From Podospora anserina (taxonomy: Eukaryota), in NCBI GenBank assembly GCA_017654855.1, contig CM030336.1, positions 2,604,001 through 2,668,000 on the forward strand: a stretch of DNA of 64,000 nucleotides. The letters run 5' to 3'. The translations under genes and the position numbers were made by a program. Below, piece after piece: positions 49,168-62,639 of this stretch; position 1 is the first letter of the stretch; each line of letters begins with the position of its first letter. Under the pieces are notes generated by a model, which was given only the letters and a program-made list of their open reading frames with translations, was not told where the DNA came from and did no database searches.

Positions 49168-51963
49168 ATGCTCTCCAATCCGCCTCAATCGGGCGGCGGC
49201 ATGCACCCGCGCCAGCGCCAACACCGAAGACAAATCTCCACACCCACAGCCTTTGAAGCCGTCAAGATCGCGCCACTGCCCAACTTTTCCCAGCAGCAGC
49301 AACAACAACGCCAACCTATCGCCCACCGACGAGGTCTGAGCCTGGATACTCGACGACAGCAGCAATTCATGCCCACGACGCCCACATCATCCTCTGCTCG
49401 GCAAGAGTATCTCGCTGCCCGACATGAGTACAGCAACCAGATGGCAGCGATGCCGCCAGTCTCTTCCTCCAGCCCGGCCATTCCCACCACACCACAGCAA
49501 ATCCTTCGAGAGAACCAGCAGCGACAAAGCCTGTCGCGCCCTGGCACGTCCGGCACCGACCACAGCGACACCTCGTCCAACCACTCATTCCAGTCCTTCC
49601 ATGACAGCAGCGACGCCTTTCTCGTATCGCCAAACGTGACGCCCAACAACCAGCGGTTCGTCGATGCCCTGGCCAGCCCTGCGCCAATGGTGGAGATGAG
49701 CCCCCTGCCGTACGAAGCCTACATGAACTCGATGGGCATGATGAAGAACCAGGCCGCGTTTGGCAGCAACAGTGGGATCGACGTTGGTGGGGGGAGTTTT
49801 GACTTTTACGCCCAGGGGGATAGCGCGCTTTCCACGCCGACGTTTCTTACTTTTCCCGATTCTAGTCCTGCGAGCACGGGTCAGGGTGGGTGGATTTCGG
49901 AGGGGGAGACGGGGTCTGCGCAGAGCCGTAGGAACTCACGCAGGATAAGCAATGGGATTAGTAATAAGGTGGCCAAGTTTGAGAATATGATGAACAACGG
50001 CGGCGACCTTCAACATCGGCCGGTGACACCTTCCAATCATCATCAGTTTGTTGCGGGAGGGGAGATCAACCAGTGGGCTGCCGGGGTGGACAATGAGAGT
50101 TTTCCTCCGACCCCGACTGAGATACCGGCGGAGCAAGAGCAGCAGCAACAGATCCCGAGCAGGTTTCGCGATGATTATGATGAGAGTATGGAGGAGACGC
50201 TCAAGCCTGTGAGGGGGAATAAGCATAATAATCGGAATTCGGGGATTTTCCAAGAGCTGAGGCAGCAGGCGGAGCAGCAAGCTGCTGCTGCTGCTGCTGC
50301 TGGCGGTGTCAGTCAGACGCCGCCGCCGCCGAGGGGAGGGGTGATGGGGGGGTATGGTGGTGGGATGCAGGAGGGGTTGACGACGCCAGAGTTTATGAAC
50401 ATGCGGAGCATGAATGCCGAGTTTGTCAAGATTGAGCACAATTTTGATGGGTTTCACTTTGGGATGGCAGGGGGAGGGACGATGGCGCCGCAGATGGGGG
50501 GTTTGGTTGGGACGGCTGCTGCCGGGGGTATGATCAACCCGGGTGGTGGTGGTCAACTGGATGGTGATGGACAGAAGGCGACGCTGCAGCACATGCCGCT
50601 TACGGCGGCGAGTCTGTCGCGTCATAGCTCGCCTCATCCATCGTCGTTGCATCAGCACCGCCGAACGGAGTCGATTGCTTCTCTGGCGTCTGCGGCGTCG
50701 ATTGCGTCGATCAACATTGAGGAGACAAAGACTGACACGGGGGTCACGCTGGATGACATTGCGCAGTATATCCAGGGACCTGACCCTTCGGATGGGAAGT
50801 GGGTGTGCTTGTACGAGGAGTGCAACAAGCGGTTCGGGCGGAAGGAGAATATTAAGAGTCATGTCCAGACGCACCTGAACGACCGCCAGTATCAGTGTCC
50901 GAGCTGCCACAAGTGCTTTGTGAGGCAGCATGATTTGAAGAGGCATGCCAAGATTCACACGGGGATCAAGCCTTATCCGTGTGAGTGTGGGAATAGCTTT
51001 GCGAGGCATGATGCGTTGACGAGGCATCGGCAGAGGGGGATGTGCATTGGGGCTTTTGATGGGATTGTGAGGAAGGTGGTGAAGAGGGGGCGGCCGAGGA
51101 AGGACAGAGGGGAGGGGGGGGAAACAGAGAGGAGGGAGAAGAAGGAGAGGGTTAGGAAGGGGAAGAAGGAGGATGGCGGGGGGGAGGAGATGAGCAGTGC
51201 GAGTAGTCAGAGTGGGTATAGTGAGAGTTGCTCGAGTGTTGGGTCGCCGAGGGGGTATGAGGAGGACTTTCCGGATATTTTGGAAGTGGCGATGACCGGG
51301 GGTGGTAATGGGGGGAGTGGGACTGCGACGATGGATCCGGGGAGTTTGAGTTTGGGACCGCCAGGCAGTGGGGGTGGTGGTGGGTTGAGTAATGCGCGGA
51401 TGCCGCCTGTTCATCCGATGTATAAGGGGACGACAACAAGTATGGAGGAACAGGTCAGGAGTCCGAGCGCGATGAGCAATTACAGCCATGCCTCGTCGAG
51501 GCTTTCTGGGAGGAGGGGGACGGTCGGGGAGGAGTTGGTGCCGCCTCGGCGACATGGGTCTCCGGCGAAGAGCACGGCGAGTTATCATACTCCGCCGGAG
51601 CTGTCGAGTAGCTCTTCGCCGCCGCCGACGGGGACGAGTGGGAGGTTTTTTGAGGATGGGGACAGTCAACAGCAGCCGGTTTCGACGGGGGTGTGTATGC
51701 CGGGCTTTGTGAGCTTGGATAATGACATGTTGATTGGGTTTGGGGGGGAGGGTGGTCATCCGCATGGGTTGGTCGTGCCGGTGCAGTTGGATCATGGTGG
51801 GCATCATGATGTGCCGGGTTCGATGGGGATGCAGCATCAGGGGTTAATGTCGACGTTGGGAGGCAAGTTTGATCCTGAAGGGGAGTATGAGCAGATGGGG
51901 ATGTTTGGGGGAATGAATGGGATGGGGGTGCCGGGCGGGGATGTGTTCTTTTCGGGGAACTGA
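49168..51963 (+). CDS. ace2: C2H2 zinc-finger transcription factor, Ace2/Swi5 family
   Basis: CNKRFGRKENIKSHVQTH..CHKCFVRQHDLKRHAKIH..CGNSFARHDALTRHRQRGMC; N-terminal HRRxxS motifs. Confidence 0.88.
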   Translation: MLSNPPQSGGGMHPRQRQHRRQISTPTAFEAVKIAPLPNFSQQQQQQRQPIAHRRGLSLDTRRQQQFMPTTPTSSSARQEYLAARHEYSNQMAAMPPVSSSSPAIPTTPQQILRENQQRQSLSRPGTSGTDHSDTSSNHSFQSFHDSSDAFLVSPNVTPNNQRFVDALASPAPMVEMSPLPYEAYMNSMGMMKNQAAFGSNSGIDVGGGSFDFYAQGDSALSTPTFLTFPDSSPASTGQGGWISEGETGSAQSRRNSRRISNGISNKVAKFENMMNNGGDLQHRPVTPSNHHQFVAGGEINQWAAGVDNESFPPTPTEIPAEQEQQQQIPSRFRDDYDESMEETLKPVRGNKHNNRNSGIFQELRQQAEQQAAAAAAAGGVSQTPPPPRGGVMGGYGGGMQEGLTTPEFMNMRSMNAEFVKIEHNFDGFHFGMAGGGTMAPQMGGLVGTAAAGGMINPGGGGQLDGDGQKATLQHMPLTAASLSRHSSPHPSSLHQHRRTESIASLASAASIASINIEETKTDTGVTLDDIAQYIQGPDPSDGKWVCLYEECNKRFGRKENIKSHVQTHLNDRQYQCPSCHKCFVRQHDLKRHAKIHTGIKPYPCECGNSFARHDALTRHRQRGMCIGAFDGIVRKVVKRGRPRKDRGEGGETERREKKERVRKGKKEDGGGEEMSSASSQSGYSESCSSVGSPRGYEEDFPDILEVAMTGGGNGGSGTATMDPGSLSLGPPGSGGGGGLSNARMPPVHPMYKGTTTSMEEQVRSPSAMSNYSHASSRLSGRRGTVGEELVPPRRHGSPAKSTASYHTPPELSSSSSPPPTGTSGRFFEDGDSQQQPVSTGVCMPGFVSLDNDMLIGFGGEGGHPHGLVVPVQLDHGGHHDVPGSMGMQHQGLMSTLGGKFDPEGEYEQMGMFGGMNGMGVPGGDVFFSGN

Positions 51964-53563
51964 GAACTCGATGGGGGCTCGGGCCAAGTTACTACTGAGC
52001 AATACCTTTTTCCTTTTTCTTGCCATTGCTTTCTATGTGGTATATCTGGCTTTCTTGTATCTCTTTTTGTTTTCTCTTGTATTGTGTGTGGGCTGGGCCG
52101 GGCTGGTTTGGTTATAGAACTGGCAAGGCTGGTGGTTTGGTGGGGTCGTGAGGCAGGCTGACTAGGCATTTGGATTATCATTTGGGATTTTTGTTTGTTT
52201 GTGTCTTGCACTGTTGCTGCTTTTCTTTTGTCAATCTCTTCTCTCTGGTCCCAAGGGGTAATGTGCAAAGGCTGGAAACAAGGGGTTTTTGCTCTCGGGC
52301 GTGGGCGTCCGTTTTGCTATCTTATATCATCGTTGGAAGTTTGTTCCTACTAAGAAGCATATAATTCTTGTTTCTTGAGATTTATTGCCCTTGCCTATTT
52401 TGCTCGCTTCTGCTGCTTATGAAGGCATTTATAACGTGTACTTTTATGTCGCTTCATGGTGGCTAGTGTAAAATAGGGGTGAGGGCTTGGAGATTACGGG
52501 ATGGGGGTGGGCGATGGGGTTGGCTGATTGGTCTCGGTTGCGGGAGGGGGTGGGGTGATTCTGATTTGCTGTTGTGTCTGTTTATTTATTTTTTCATGTT
52601 GACTTGTCGGGTGGCTGTTGTGCTGATAGGCGCGGTTTGGATAGTTGGGGGTGGATAGATACTTTACCTAGTCTGCCCATGTTGGTAGCAACAATAAAGA
52701 GAAGAATTGAGCTTGTTATTCTGTCTTGCAATACGTACTCTGTCTCATGTGTCTACCTAACATGCATGTGTGCTTCGAAATTTCGGAGCCATTATGAGTC
52801 TGCGTAGGTGGGTAGGTGATGGTAGGAACTCTTTACAAGAGCTTTGAGCTTTGGTGAAGATGAAGGGAAAACTTAGGTATATCAGTTGTCCTTATTCCAG
52901 TATGTTTAACACCGCGGTAGCCCATTTCAAACCAAGAAGGTCACATAGGCACCGTCCACCTTCTTGCACAGGGACTGTGATCGTAAAGTACGCAAGACAT
53001 ATATGTCATGACAAAAGGTAAATTCAACAAGGTCTATAAAATTCTCGGCATCTTCTTCCAAACCCCAAAGACCTGGTCCCAACCATCACAGATACCCTGC
53101 TGCCTATGCCAACAAGAACACTAATTCACCCTCTCCTCTCTGATTTGTTTGATGATGGAACCGGGCTGAAGTGGGCTTTTAGAGTTGGCTGGCGGCCGCC
53201 TCGCACCACAAAAAGGGAAACGCTGGAACAGCTCAAGAATTCAAAGTGCTCAAAACTTGACAAAGCACGAGACAGGCGCTCTTAGGCTTAACTCACCCGC
53301 TCTGTCACTGAACACCGAAACGTGGTTTCTCAAATGTCATGGTTGCTCAAGAGCACAGTGCGCGCGCACAGTTTTGCAATTGGCTTTGCCCCACCATTGG
53401 AGATTTCTGAGCTCACATCTGCGCTGTCAGCGACAACATCATGAGTGGACACAGCAAACACCGCGACATGCTCTATCCTTCTCGTTAATCCTCGAAATAT
53501 CTGCTCCCTTCCCCTACCGGAATTGCAAGAAAATACAGCATCAGAATTGCGAGACAAGACAGA

Positions 53564-56500
53564 ATGTTCACTCCCACCACCCACCACCCCATGGCGGGGT
53601 CGTTCGCCTCTGTGGACATCACACCAGCCATCAGCCTCACCGGTGACCTGCCCCAAGGCTTGCCAGCAGATATTCTGTGTGTTGTCGGCCCAGATCTGGC
53701 TCATCATCTTCTTTTCACTTTGGCGTCGGAGAAAGGCCTGCCGCAAAGGAAAAGCATTGATGTCACGGCTTGCGCGGAGGGCGAGCAGGGGGTTCACCAG
53801 ATCGGTCAGCATCCGATACATCCTTGCAGCTTGAAGAGCAAAAAGCTAACGGGTCAACAGCGAGAAATATCCTCCTCTTTACCCTCGCCCTTGACTCCAA
53901 AATCACCGCTGAGCAGGCCTGGAACATCTATTACGATGCCTGGCTGACCCCTTCCAACCTCACCGCCCTCCAGACCCAGGCCAAGAAGCTCTTTGACCTT
54001 GCATCCTCCCTCGACGCCTGGTATGCTGGCCCATACAGCCAACTCCGCTTTTGCGATTCTGGGACCCTCGAATTCGTGAAAGACGTTTGGTCGAAGTACA
54101 CCACATCCGAAGCAACCGAAAACTTCGACACCATCCTGGAACGCTCCCAAAAACGCAAGGAAGAAACATATGGTGAAGAAGGGCAGGCAGTCATCACTTC
54201 CAGCGCGAGATCCTGCGCGCCATTGTCAGTAGGCGGGCTGATGGAAGCGCTGACTGAGCTTACCGAGGAAAACTGGCAAGCGACCGTTAAGAAGCAGGAT
54301 GAGAAGAAACCAAACCCAGTGTTTGCTGCCGCTTTGGCAGCTGGCGATGAGAACCAGAGACGAGTGCTGGAATACCCCACCGATCCACTGATCGGCTTCC
54401 ATCTTGCCTCTGCCAACGCCCCGTTGACGCCACTGTCGCCATATAGAATCGAGAATGCGGACAAGAAGGACATCAAGGAGAGGATTGTCGAGACGGCGAG
54501 GATGCAGTGGGGTGATTGGTTGGAGGCATTCAGAGAGGCGGTTGGGGAGAAGAGGATCACGGTCAGGTTTGCGGCGGCCGACTTTTTCTCATTGTGCTGG
54601 ACGTTGAAGAGAAACAAGGAGTGTGGAGAGTTGGAGGCGTGTTGGCATAGGAGAGAGGTTAGGTTTGACATTTTGGTCTTGGACGAGAAGGAGTATGCAG
54701 AGGGAGAGGCGCCGAATGAGTTTGACGTTGTTGACACGGGAGTTTTGGGGGATGAGAAGGGGGTGTTGAATATGCTTGTTGCTGGGTTGGTGTTGTTGAA
54801 GAGGGTGCCTTCGTCGACGATATATACGGAGTGTTATGCGAAGGATTATGAGGCTATTTTGGAGGGGTACACGTCAGCGTTTTCGGTTTTGTTGGGGGTG
54901 AGCCCGGGGGAGTATTGGACTAACTCGACGAGTGTGGCGGTTGTGGATGAGGTGTTGGCTACGTTCAGTGAGAGGTATGCTGATGACGAGAGACCGAGGG
55001 GCATTCAATCGAGGCTGGCGTGGAAGTGGAATTCTTTGCAGGTTAAGGGGCAGAGCGACCAGTTGACTATGGAGGCGAGGGATTTGATCATGTTCTTTGA
55101 AGGGGTGTTTGGTAGGATCTTCAAGGCTTATGAGTTGAGCCAGGACAACAGCAAGAGAAGAGGGCCGCATCACCACTTCCACTTCAACACTGCTGCAGCT
55201 ATCCTCAAGGTTCTGTGCGAAAGACTGGGCTTGGACTTTCGCAGGGTGTTGGATCCATATGAAACGTTGCCTGCGGACTTTCGTGCCGGGACTTTGGAAC
55301 CTCACATCAAGGGATGGGGCATTTGCGGTGTGCCTGAACCGTCAGGAAACCCCGCATATACGGGGGATTTTCTGTCTGGTGAGCCGGCTTTGAAGTTGAA
55401 CAAGAAGCTTGACTCTGTGGCGATTACGTTTACTGTGCCGGCGGAGAAGTGGAAGCCGGTAGCCCAGTGTTCCAGAGACGAAGGCATTCCTCTGCCTCTG
55501 AAGGTAACAATCCCGGAAGCCGAGATCGAATACACGAACTACCAGCTAGCGTTCGGCTCTATCACCAAGTTCAACTCGCCTGACCAGGATGGTGTCCCAG
55601 GCAAAGCGGATGAAGACAAAGAAGAATGGTCCGGGTCTTCTGATATAGTGGTGTCGCTATATGTCCCTATGGAGAAATTGGCGGGCTTCCAACAATCCAA
55701 ACAGAGTGTGGCGCTGTGCACTGCAGACCCTTTCTACAACCGATTGGCGTACAAGACGGTGCTGGGCAATCCTCAATGCGAAATTCACCGAGTACCCATC
55801 GATAGTGTACTCGTCACACATGTACTTCCAGGGCAGTGGCTCCTCGAAAATGAGACGGTATCGGTTGAGTCAGCGACCAAGAAGCTTGGCGAATCAGAGG
55901 TAACTTCTTCAATGACTCCATGGTTTACAGCTAAGCTGGATGAAAATGCTGTGGATGCCAAGGCGGATGTTGTCTTGCAGATCATCGGGCACATCGATAT
56001 CACCTCGGATGAAGGGCGTAGCTTGTTGTCGGACAAGTCAGTGCCCATCAATATGGAGCAAGTCTCGCCCTTCACGATTGAAGTGGTCTTTGGCGCCCGG
56101 AAGTTGGTCTTGCCCATGATCTTCACAGTTCCTGTCTCCAAGGAGAAGTGTGCCCTAAGAGTGGCACGCAAGTCACACTATGTTGAGGTGGTTTCTTCTT
56201 TGGTGAAGCCGTTGGATGTGCCCCTACTTGACACGCACATCCTGCCGTCGACAGCGATTCAGCCATCTGGGATCCCGGCTACGCTCAACATCCCACACCT
56301 TAACCTTGACAACCTTCCCATTCTGTCAATCGACGAAGATGAGGATGAGGATCCCCGGATCAAGTTTTTGACCACCCTCACCTCCCTCGTCTTCTCGGGA
56401 CATGAGCGCCGTCTCCGCGAGGAGGTCAACGCACAAGACGACAACTACACCGGTCTCGGCCCTTCCCCTCGTCTCAACTTCAAGGAGTCCCTCTTCACCA

Positions 56501-57249
56501 TGTTTATGCTCTCCTCTGGTCTTCAAGGAGGACAAACAGGACTCTTTGCCATTTCGGACCCCAAGAATGGCGGCATTCACATGCTGCTGTTTGTCAACGC
56601 CATCCGCCTTGACTGTCCCCATGCCACGGTCGTCTTGGATGCTGCTATTCTTCCTTTCACAAAGGCTTTAGTTGACAGCAAGGAGCTAGAGGGCTTTTTG
56701 CTGTTGATCAGAACTTTGGAATGCTGCACCATCACCGTTGATGACGAAGAGCTCAAGATGTGGAAGAAGGCTTTGCCTGCCTTTGTTGAGAGGTGCAGAA
56801 CTTGGGAACATAACCCCAAGACGTGTGAGTATGTTACTGCCTCGGGGGAGAAAGGGCAAAAGACTGTTCCGTTGAGCTTGAAGGAGGGGGAGCAGGTTAT
56901 TTGCTCTTGTGGTCAGGGGAAGTTGCCTTCGGATTTCATCCCGTTGCCGGAGTGGGATGAGACTGCTGCGAGGTATTCTACTAGGGTGGCGATCAGCCCA
57001 GTTTATGCTTCGCAGTTGGTGGAGGATATCATTGACCCGGCACTGGCGAGAGGGTTGGCGGGGGGTGGTGAGAAGAGGGTGGCGGGTTGCAGGGCGTGTG
57101 GGAAGGTGGAGGATGAGGAGGAGGGGGTGGCGTTGAAGAAGTGTGGGAGGTGTTTGAAGGTCAGGTATTGCAGTGGGGAGTGCCAGAAGAGGGATTGGAG
57201 GAAGCATCGGATGGAGTGTGAGGAGGCTGAGGAGCATCACCGGAAGTAG
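53564..57249 (+). CDS. DUF4470-type protein with C-terminal MYND zinc finger
   Basis: Intron 53805-53860 gives IARNILLFTL; ERCRTWEH...C.Y, CSCGQG, C-terminal CRACGK..LKKCGRCLKVRYCSGECQKRDWRKHRMEC. Confidence 0.88.
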
Positions 57250-57283
57250 AGCAAGGTGTAAAGAACTTTAGGGGGTTAAATGA

Positions 57284-57951
57284 TCAATCGATGGTTTGAT
57301 GTAGCCGTCTCAAGTCCCGTTCCTCCGACCCAACCAGGCTGATTCTCTGAATCTCGTCAACAATCTCGATGATCTTGGCTTCGTCAGCCTTTGAACTCCA
57401 GCAATTCGTCCTCGTCGTGTCCAGATGCCCGAATAGCAGGCCTCCCCCCGGGAATGCACTCGAAGAACTGCACCTCTCTGCCAATTGTGATGGCCCCAAA
57501 GCGCGCAATGTTGGCGGCATCATGCAGTTGCTCATCCACCACATGCAACCACCCCCACGCACGAGAGGCGTGATCCTCCAGCTGAGATCTCCAGTTCGAC
57601 CAAACACACTCTTTCAATGATTGCCCCTCATTGGGATCCAGCGGCTTCGCATTCAACAGGACGGTCCTGAGACCACGGTTGCCCTCAGAGAGGACGCGCA
57701 CTCGTAAGTTTGGCTCCCCGGAGTTCCTCGGGCGCTCCAATGCAAACCTATCAGAACTCGAGCAAAACAAGGCCAGAAGGTTGAGCCACATGGAGCTGAC
57801 TGCGTGGTGCTGGGCTGGGAAGACGATGTCGTCGCAGAGCTCGATGAACAGACTACGCGCCGTATACGGAGTTACAAATAAAGTTAATGGTGAACTGTCT
57901 GTAATAATAAGCAGATACACTTACGCTCTTGAGAACTTGTCCGGAAGGCAT
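57284..57951 (-). pseudogene. Second PD-(D/E)xK-like family member, degenerate/frameshifted
   Basis: VSSMWLNLL..QLEDH..FGAITIGREVQFFE..(frameshift)DEAKIIEIVDEI aligns with the 21701-22402 copy. Confidence 0.5.
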
Positions 57952-58609
57952 TTTGATTGAATGTCTCGGGTATCTGTCGGCTTTGTTTGTTGGAGAGAGA
58001 AGATTAGGTTGGAGGAGGTTGTTTGGAGAAGGGGACGAGATGGAGAGAGAAGAGGGGAATTAAAAATTGAAGGGAAAGGATGGATGAGAAATTCGTAGAG
58101 TGACGGGGTAGTAGAATAGGCGGGGTATAATAAGGCGGAGAATACTAAGGCGGAGAGAGCAAGGTGGAAAGAACAAGGCCGAGAGTGAAGCCAGGGTTGG
58201 AAGGAGCTGATCTGATGTCAGTGTAGGGAGGGGGCGGAATCCGATGACAGTATTGGAAGGGGCGGAATTTCTGGGGAGAGATCGGAGCTTTCATCTAATG
58301 CCATGACGCTACCAGACCAATGCGGCTACAGTTAGTTACCTAGGTCAGAGGATACGGACCTGACAGTAGGGCTACACCATAGCTTACCATCAATTGACCA
58401 TTTAACACCTTAAAGTTCTTCATATCAAGACGGTGAAAGCAGCAAGGACACAAAGTTTGAGGGTTCATCTGGCACCAATGGAACGTCGGCAAGCCACAAG
58501 ATGCCACACCCATGGTTAGAGATTAAGCTCAAGGCCAGGGTGATGAAAGGTTTATTGATGTCTTTTATCGATCTCAATTTCCATCGTCACATGCTGCCAG
58601 CTCTTATTG

Positions 58610-58740
58610 TCACCAATCCTAGCATACATCGTCATCAATCCTAGCATTCATCATCACCAATCCCAGCTTTCACCGTCGCCAATCCCAATTCTAACCCTCA
58701 TCAATCCCAGCTTCATCACCAACCACCTCACACCCAGCTT
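58610..58740. repeat. 22-bp minisatellite (TCAYCAATCCYAGC...) about 5-6 degenerate units
   Basis: tcaccaatcctagcatacatcg / tcatcaatcctagcattcatca / tcaccaatcccagctttcaccg / tcgccaatcccaattctaaccc / tcatcaatcccagcttcatca. Confidence 0.7.
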
Positions 58741-59430
58741 GTACCACTACCGTACCCTATGCCAAAGCCGGTAGCTTATCAATCCAACTTCATCGATACG
58801 ATGCTCCTCCATAGGTCAACCAGCAAAAGCCATGAGATTTGGGGAAACACTTGGGGATAACGTGTGTCCACATGCGGACAATGGGCTCTGAGCTTCACAA
58901 GGCGATGTCTCCGGGTCTCCACGATACATGCAGGGTATTAGTGGCGAACTCTGCACAGCTGAGGACATATGCACTTACAGTTTCGGCACCTATGCCAATG
59001 CGAGTTCGCGAAGGAGGCATTGTGGATTTGCTTGTTGGAGAGAGAAGCTTGAGTCGAAGGCGGGGTGGAAGACAAAGGTGGAAGGCTGAGAGAGATGGAA
59101 GACGTCAAAATTGAATTCGACGGGTCGTGGGACAGCAGAAGAGGCAAGATCAACATCAGTGTGGAAGGAGCGGAACTCAACGTGTTTTGGAAGGAGCGGA
59201 ATTCAATATCAGTGGCGGAAGGAGCGGACCTTCTAGAGAATGGTCGCTGTTTCCATGAGTGTCAGGAGGTTCCCGATTAAGGCAGTCACGGTGAAGGAAT
59301 GGTGAGTTATCACATTAAGTAGATAAAGATCAACTTCTCGAGAGGTATCAAGCCTTCCATTCCTTGGAGAAGATACCCAGCCTAAATGCCGCACATACTC
59401 TTCCATCTCCGGCCGAGTGACGAGCACTGC

Positions 59431-60311
59431 TCAGAGCGCTGGTACGGCACCATACCGCCCACGTCCATCATTGCCGCGTAAAGTATCATCCTTCAAATCT
59501 TCAGATTGCCGGTGGAGTGGTGTCTGATCAGTTCGTAATTCCCCGTTATCTCTCTGGTACTGTTTGATGAGATTCCGCAGCGGCTCGTTGTCCTTTTTGA
59601 GCCTCCTGTTCTCCTCCCTCTCTTGGTCCAATTGCTTGAAGGACACGAGGTCTTCTAGCTGATGGAAGCCTCGGCGGGTACAAGCTGGTTCTGATTAGAG
59701 GGATGCACCGCGCTGTCGATCACGAGGCCGTCAGTCGAACTTGAGGGGGTGATGATGAGTGGCTCGTCATCGGAGGTATCCTCATGGCCCACGTCCGAGT
59801 TGACCAAGTTCGGATGTGACAAGATATGGCCAGGGAGGCACCAACTGGTACGATTGGATTCCGCTTCACAGATTGCGCGAGTGTGCCCTTCATATAGCTG
59901 GTCTCTTGGATATCGGTCCTGGGTTTCCTCATCAGTTTCGCCGTCTTCATCAGATTCGTCGTCATCTTTGTCGTCGCCAGAGTCTGACTCTGACTCTTCT
60001 CCGGAAACAGAATCTGAATCTTCATAAGGTTCGTCGTCACCTTCTTCATCCTCCTCTACATCATCCTCCTTTTCGTCATCCTCCGCGTATAGATAATACA
60101 CTCCACGCAATTTAGACTCCAACCATGGACCGTCTCGTCCACACTTTCGAGCAACGTGTATTCCAACTGCGCACGTGGCTGCAATTAAAACACACAGAAC
60201 AAAGATGGAAAGGGAGATGCCAAAGAATATCGTCAGGTATATGCAGCATGGGATATTTTGGATCCAGCCCCGGCCGCGCGTACCGATGCTATAGGACTCG
60301 GAGCCCAGCAT
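59431..60311 (-). CDS. Hypothetical single-TM acidic protein, possibly disrupted before a coiled-coil tail
   Basis: Hydrophobic IYLTIFFGISLSIFVLCVLIAA followed by a D/E-rich tract; coiled-coil ORF 59431-59646 lies just after the stop. Confidence 0.4.
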
Positions 60312-60925
60312 TGTGAATGATATCCGGTGGTTAACCTGAAGGGCGCGGTGTGGGTATCTGAATGGCAAAAGTCTGGTGGTATGGTTTTGGGAACGGTAAG
60401 ACAAAGGAAGAATGGCATGGAAAAGGTTTTCGGGTTTCCCCAGACTTTTTGGAACGCGTCTCTGAGGTCACTTGGTTTTTGGGTTTTTAAGCCACGCGTG
60501 TGCCACCTCTCAGACGCTCCACATACTGTGACAAGCTGAAAATACAGGGCCATCAAGCTCGCAGATAGCTTAGATATCGCTGAGTATGCCTCTGTAGACG
60601 AGAAAGTTTGGATGATGGAGGTGTGGCACCACGGTAGGCCACAACGCCCAAGCTCCTGACTTTCAGCCACCAGCAAGTTCAGGTACCGCGATTTGTATCT
60701 CCCAACGGGCTTGTGAATGACATGGCCTGTGGCGGTGGGAGCAAGGCACTCCTCGTCGGGGCTTGGTACTGGCGTGGAAGCTTTTTGGAGGCTGAGAGCA
60801 ACTTGATGCTGCAGCCTTGACCCCACTTCCAGGCTTCGATATTTAGCTTGAGATTTCCTCCTCCCTAGTTCCTTTGCTTTCATCCCTCTTCTCTCAGGAA
60901 AGAGTGTAAACAAGAAACAAGAAAC

Positions 60926-62638
60926 CATTAGTCCACGTTGAGTGACTTGCCCGTTTTGCAGGTGGCTCTTCACTAGAGTAACACCACCTTGGTGCAATGA
61001 GTTCCGCGGCCGTACGTCTTCTTGTTTCCTGCATTGTTACGATAGCTTACTGACACTCGCATGATCCAGTTGTTATCGACAGGGAGGAGGGAAGCGACGG
61101 TCAAAATATGCTGAAAGGACGCGGCTGCTATGATGATCCCGGTGATGGGGGCTTCATTGCTCCCTCCAACCCCGACGGTTCCTACGACGATGAGGGGTAT
61201 GACAAATACGCAGAAGAGGACGACTACTTCTCAACATCCAGAAACAGTAAGGTCGGCAAGCGCGGCTATGTCATCCACGATGCTTGTTGGCCACTCCTGG
61301 AGGAAGCCTTGTCCCCAGGCCCGGTTCCGCTCGACAGAGTGTTTCAAATCCTAGAGTCTTTTCACGAGGGGAGGGGAGCCACCAGTTCTAGTGGGCTGAT
61401 ACATGGGGGTTTGACGATGATGAGTATTTCCCCTGGAGATGACCAGCGGGAGGAAGCTGCGCGATGAAGAGTTTCCACGCTCGCACGTAGACCCATCTTT
61501 GGTTGATGCTCGACAGAAGCGCATAGCCGGAAAGGCAAGTGTGAACCGGGAACCATTTGGAAGCGCGTTCAACAGCTGGCATGTCTTGTGAAGTCAAAGC
61601 CTCAGGATGCCGAACAATGTACGTCATCTCCTTGGAACAAGACAATTGCCCCTAACGACTGCCGCTGGGTCAAAGTAGCAGGAGGCCAAAAACCCTTGTC
61701 TCAGCAGAGCATTGCTGTTCCTGAATCTATCTCAAAGGTGTCTGTTTAAATTGTCAAATTTGGTCCCTTTGACTACATTTCGGGATTTCGACTTGGGTTT
61801 GGTGTATGTATACGAACTATGACTCGAAGCTCAGCGGGAAAAGCCAGCTAAACTCACTCTTTCCCATATAGGGGTTCCATCTCGTCAGCATAGCTGCAGT
61901 CCTCAAAGACAACGTCAACACATCGAACGACGATGGCAGTGATACCGATATGGCCCATCCGGATCGACCTCTCAAAGATCTTGGCCTATGGTACCCCCGA
62001 GTCCCGCCTGACTCTCTCAAACTCAACGGCGTCTTCCACCGAGCCAAGCAATATCTGCCGGGTTTCAACCCTGTCTTATGGACACATTTCGGTGGACCAA
62101 AAGGTGCTTACCTGAAGCACTTGACCAGAATATCCCTTCATGATTATGGCCGCTTCATCTTCCAATACGATAGAGATGACATCCCGGAGCAATGCAGTCA
62201 ATTTGGTCGGAAAGAGAAGTTGGAGCCGCGCTATTCAACGAGTCTCCATTTTGACATTGACGGCCCTGGAGGTGAGCGGATAATCGCTGTGCAAATCCGC
62301 CGTAAATACTCGAAAAATATACCTATGCGTATTGAGGAAATGGATGAAGCAGAGGATGAGGAAATGGATGAAACAGAGGACGAGAGAATTGGATGAAGTA
62401 GATAGAATACGGGCAGTTGGCATCTTTCAAAATAACTACCAGCCGTAGAAGGAGTTGCCGCTTTGGCTTCTTCAGGCACGTGCCTAGCAAATGGTATGTT
62501 GAGACTTTCAAGGGGTCAAACTTGGTCGTGGAGAAGCCCAAGTTGATCACGGGTTTCTATGGGGAGCAATGGGGCTTGGGGATTGGGGCGCCCGGGGTTA
62601 TCACTGAATATGAAGGGGTAGTTAATGCCCTCGATTAA
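60926..62638 (+). pseudogene. Fungal F-box-associated (DUF7600-type) gene, fragmented
   Basis: CPFC, WCNEFR, FIAP, GYVIHDACW, LWYPRVP, HFGGPKG, FDIDGPGGERI, ITGFY; stops, frameshifts and an interrupted middle. Confidence 0.65.
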
Positions 62639-62639
62639 T

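Noticed and set aside
49936..51837. 633-aa minus-strand ORF
   Set aside because: Antisense shadow of the Ace2-like CDS; low-complexity P/H/R translation.
53761..53771. TGTCACGGCTT identical to the LTR start
   Set aside because: 11-bp chance match inside a coding exon; no further LTR homology.
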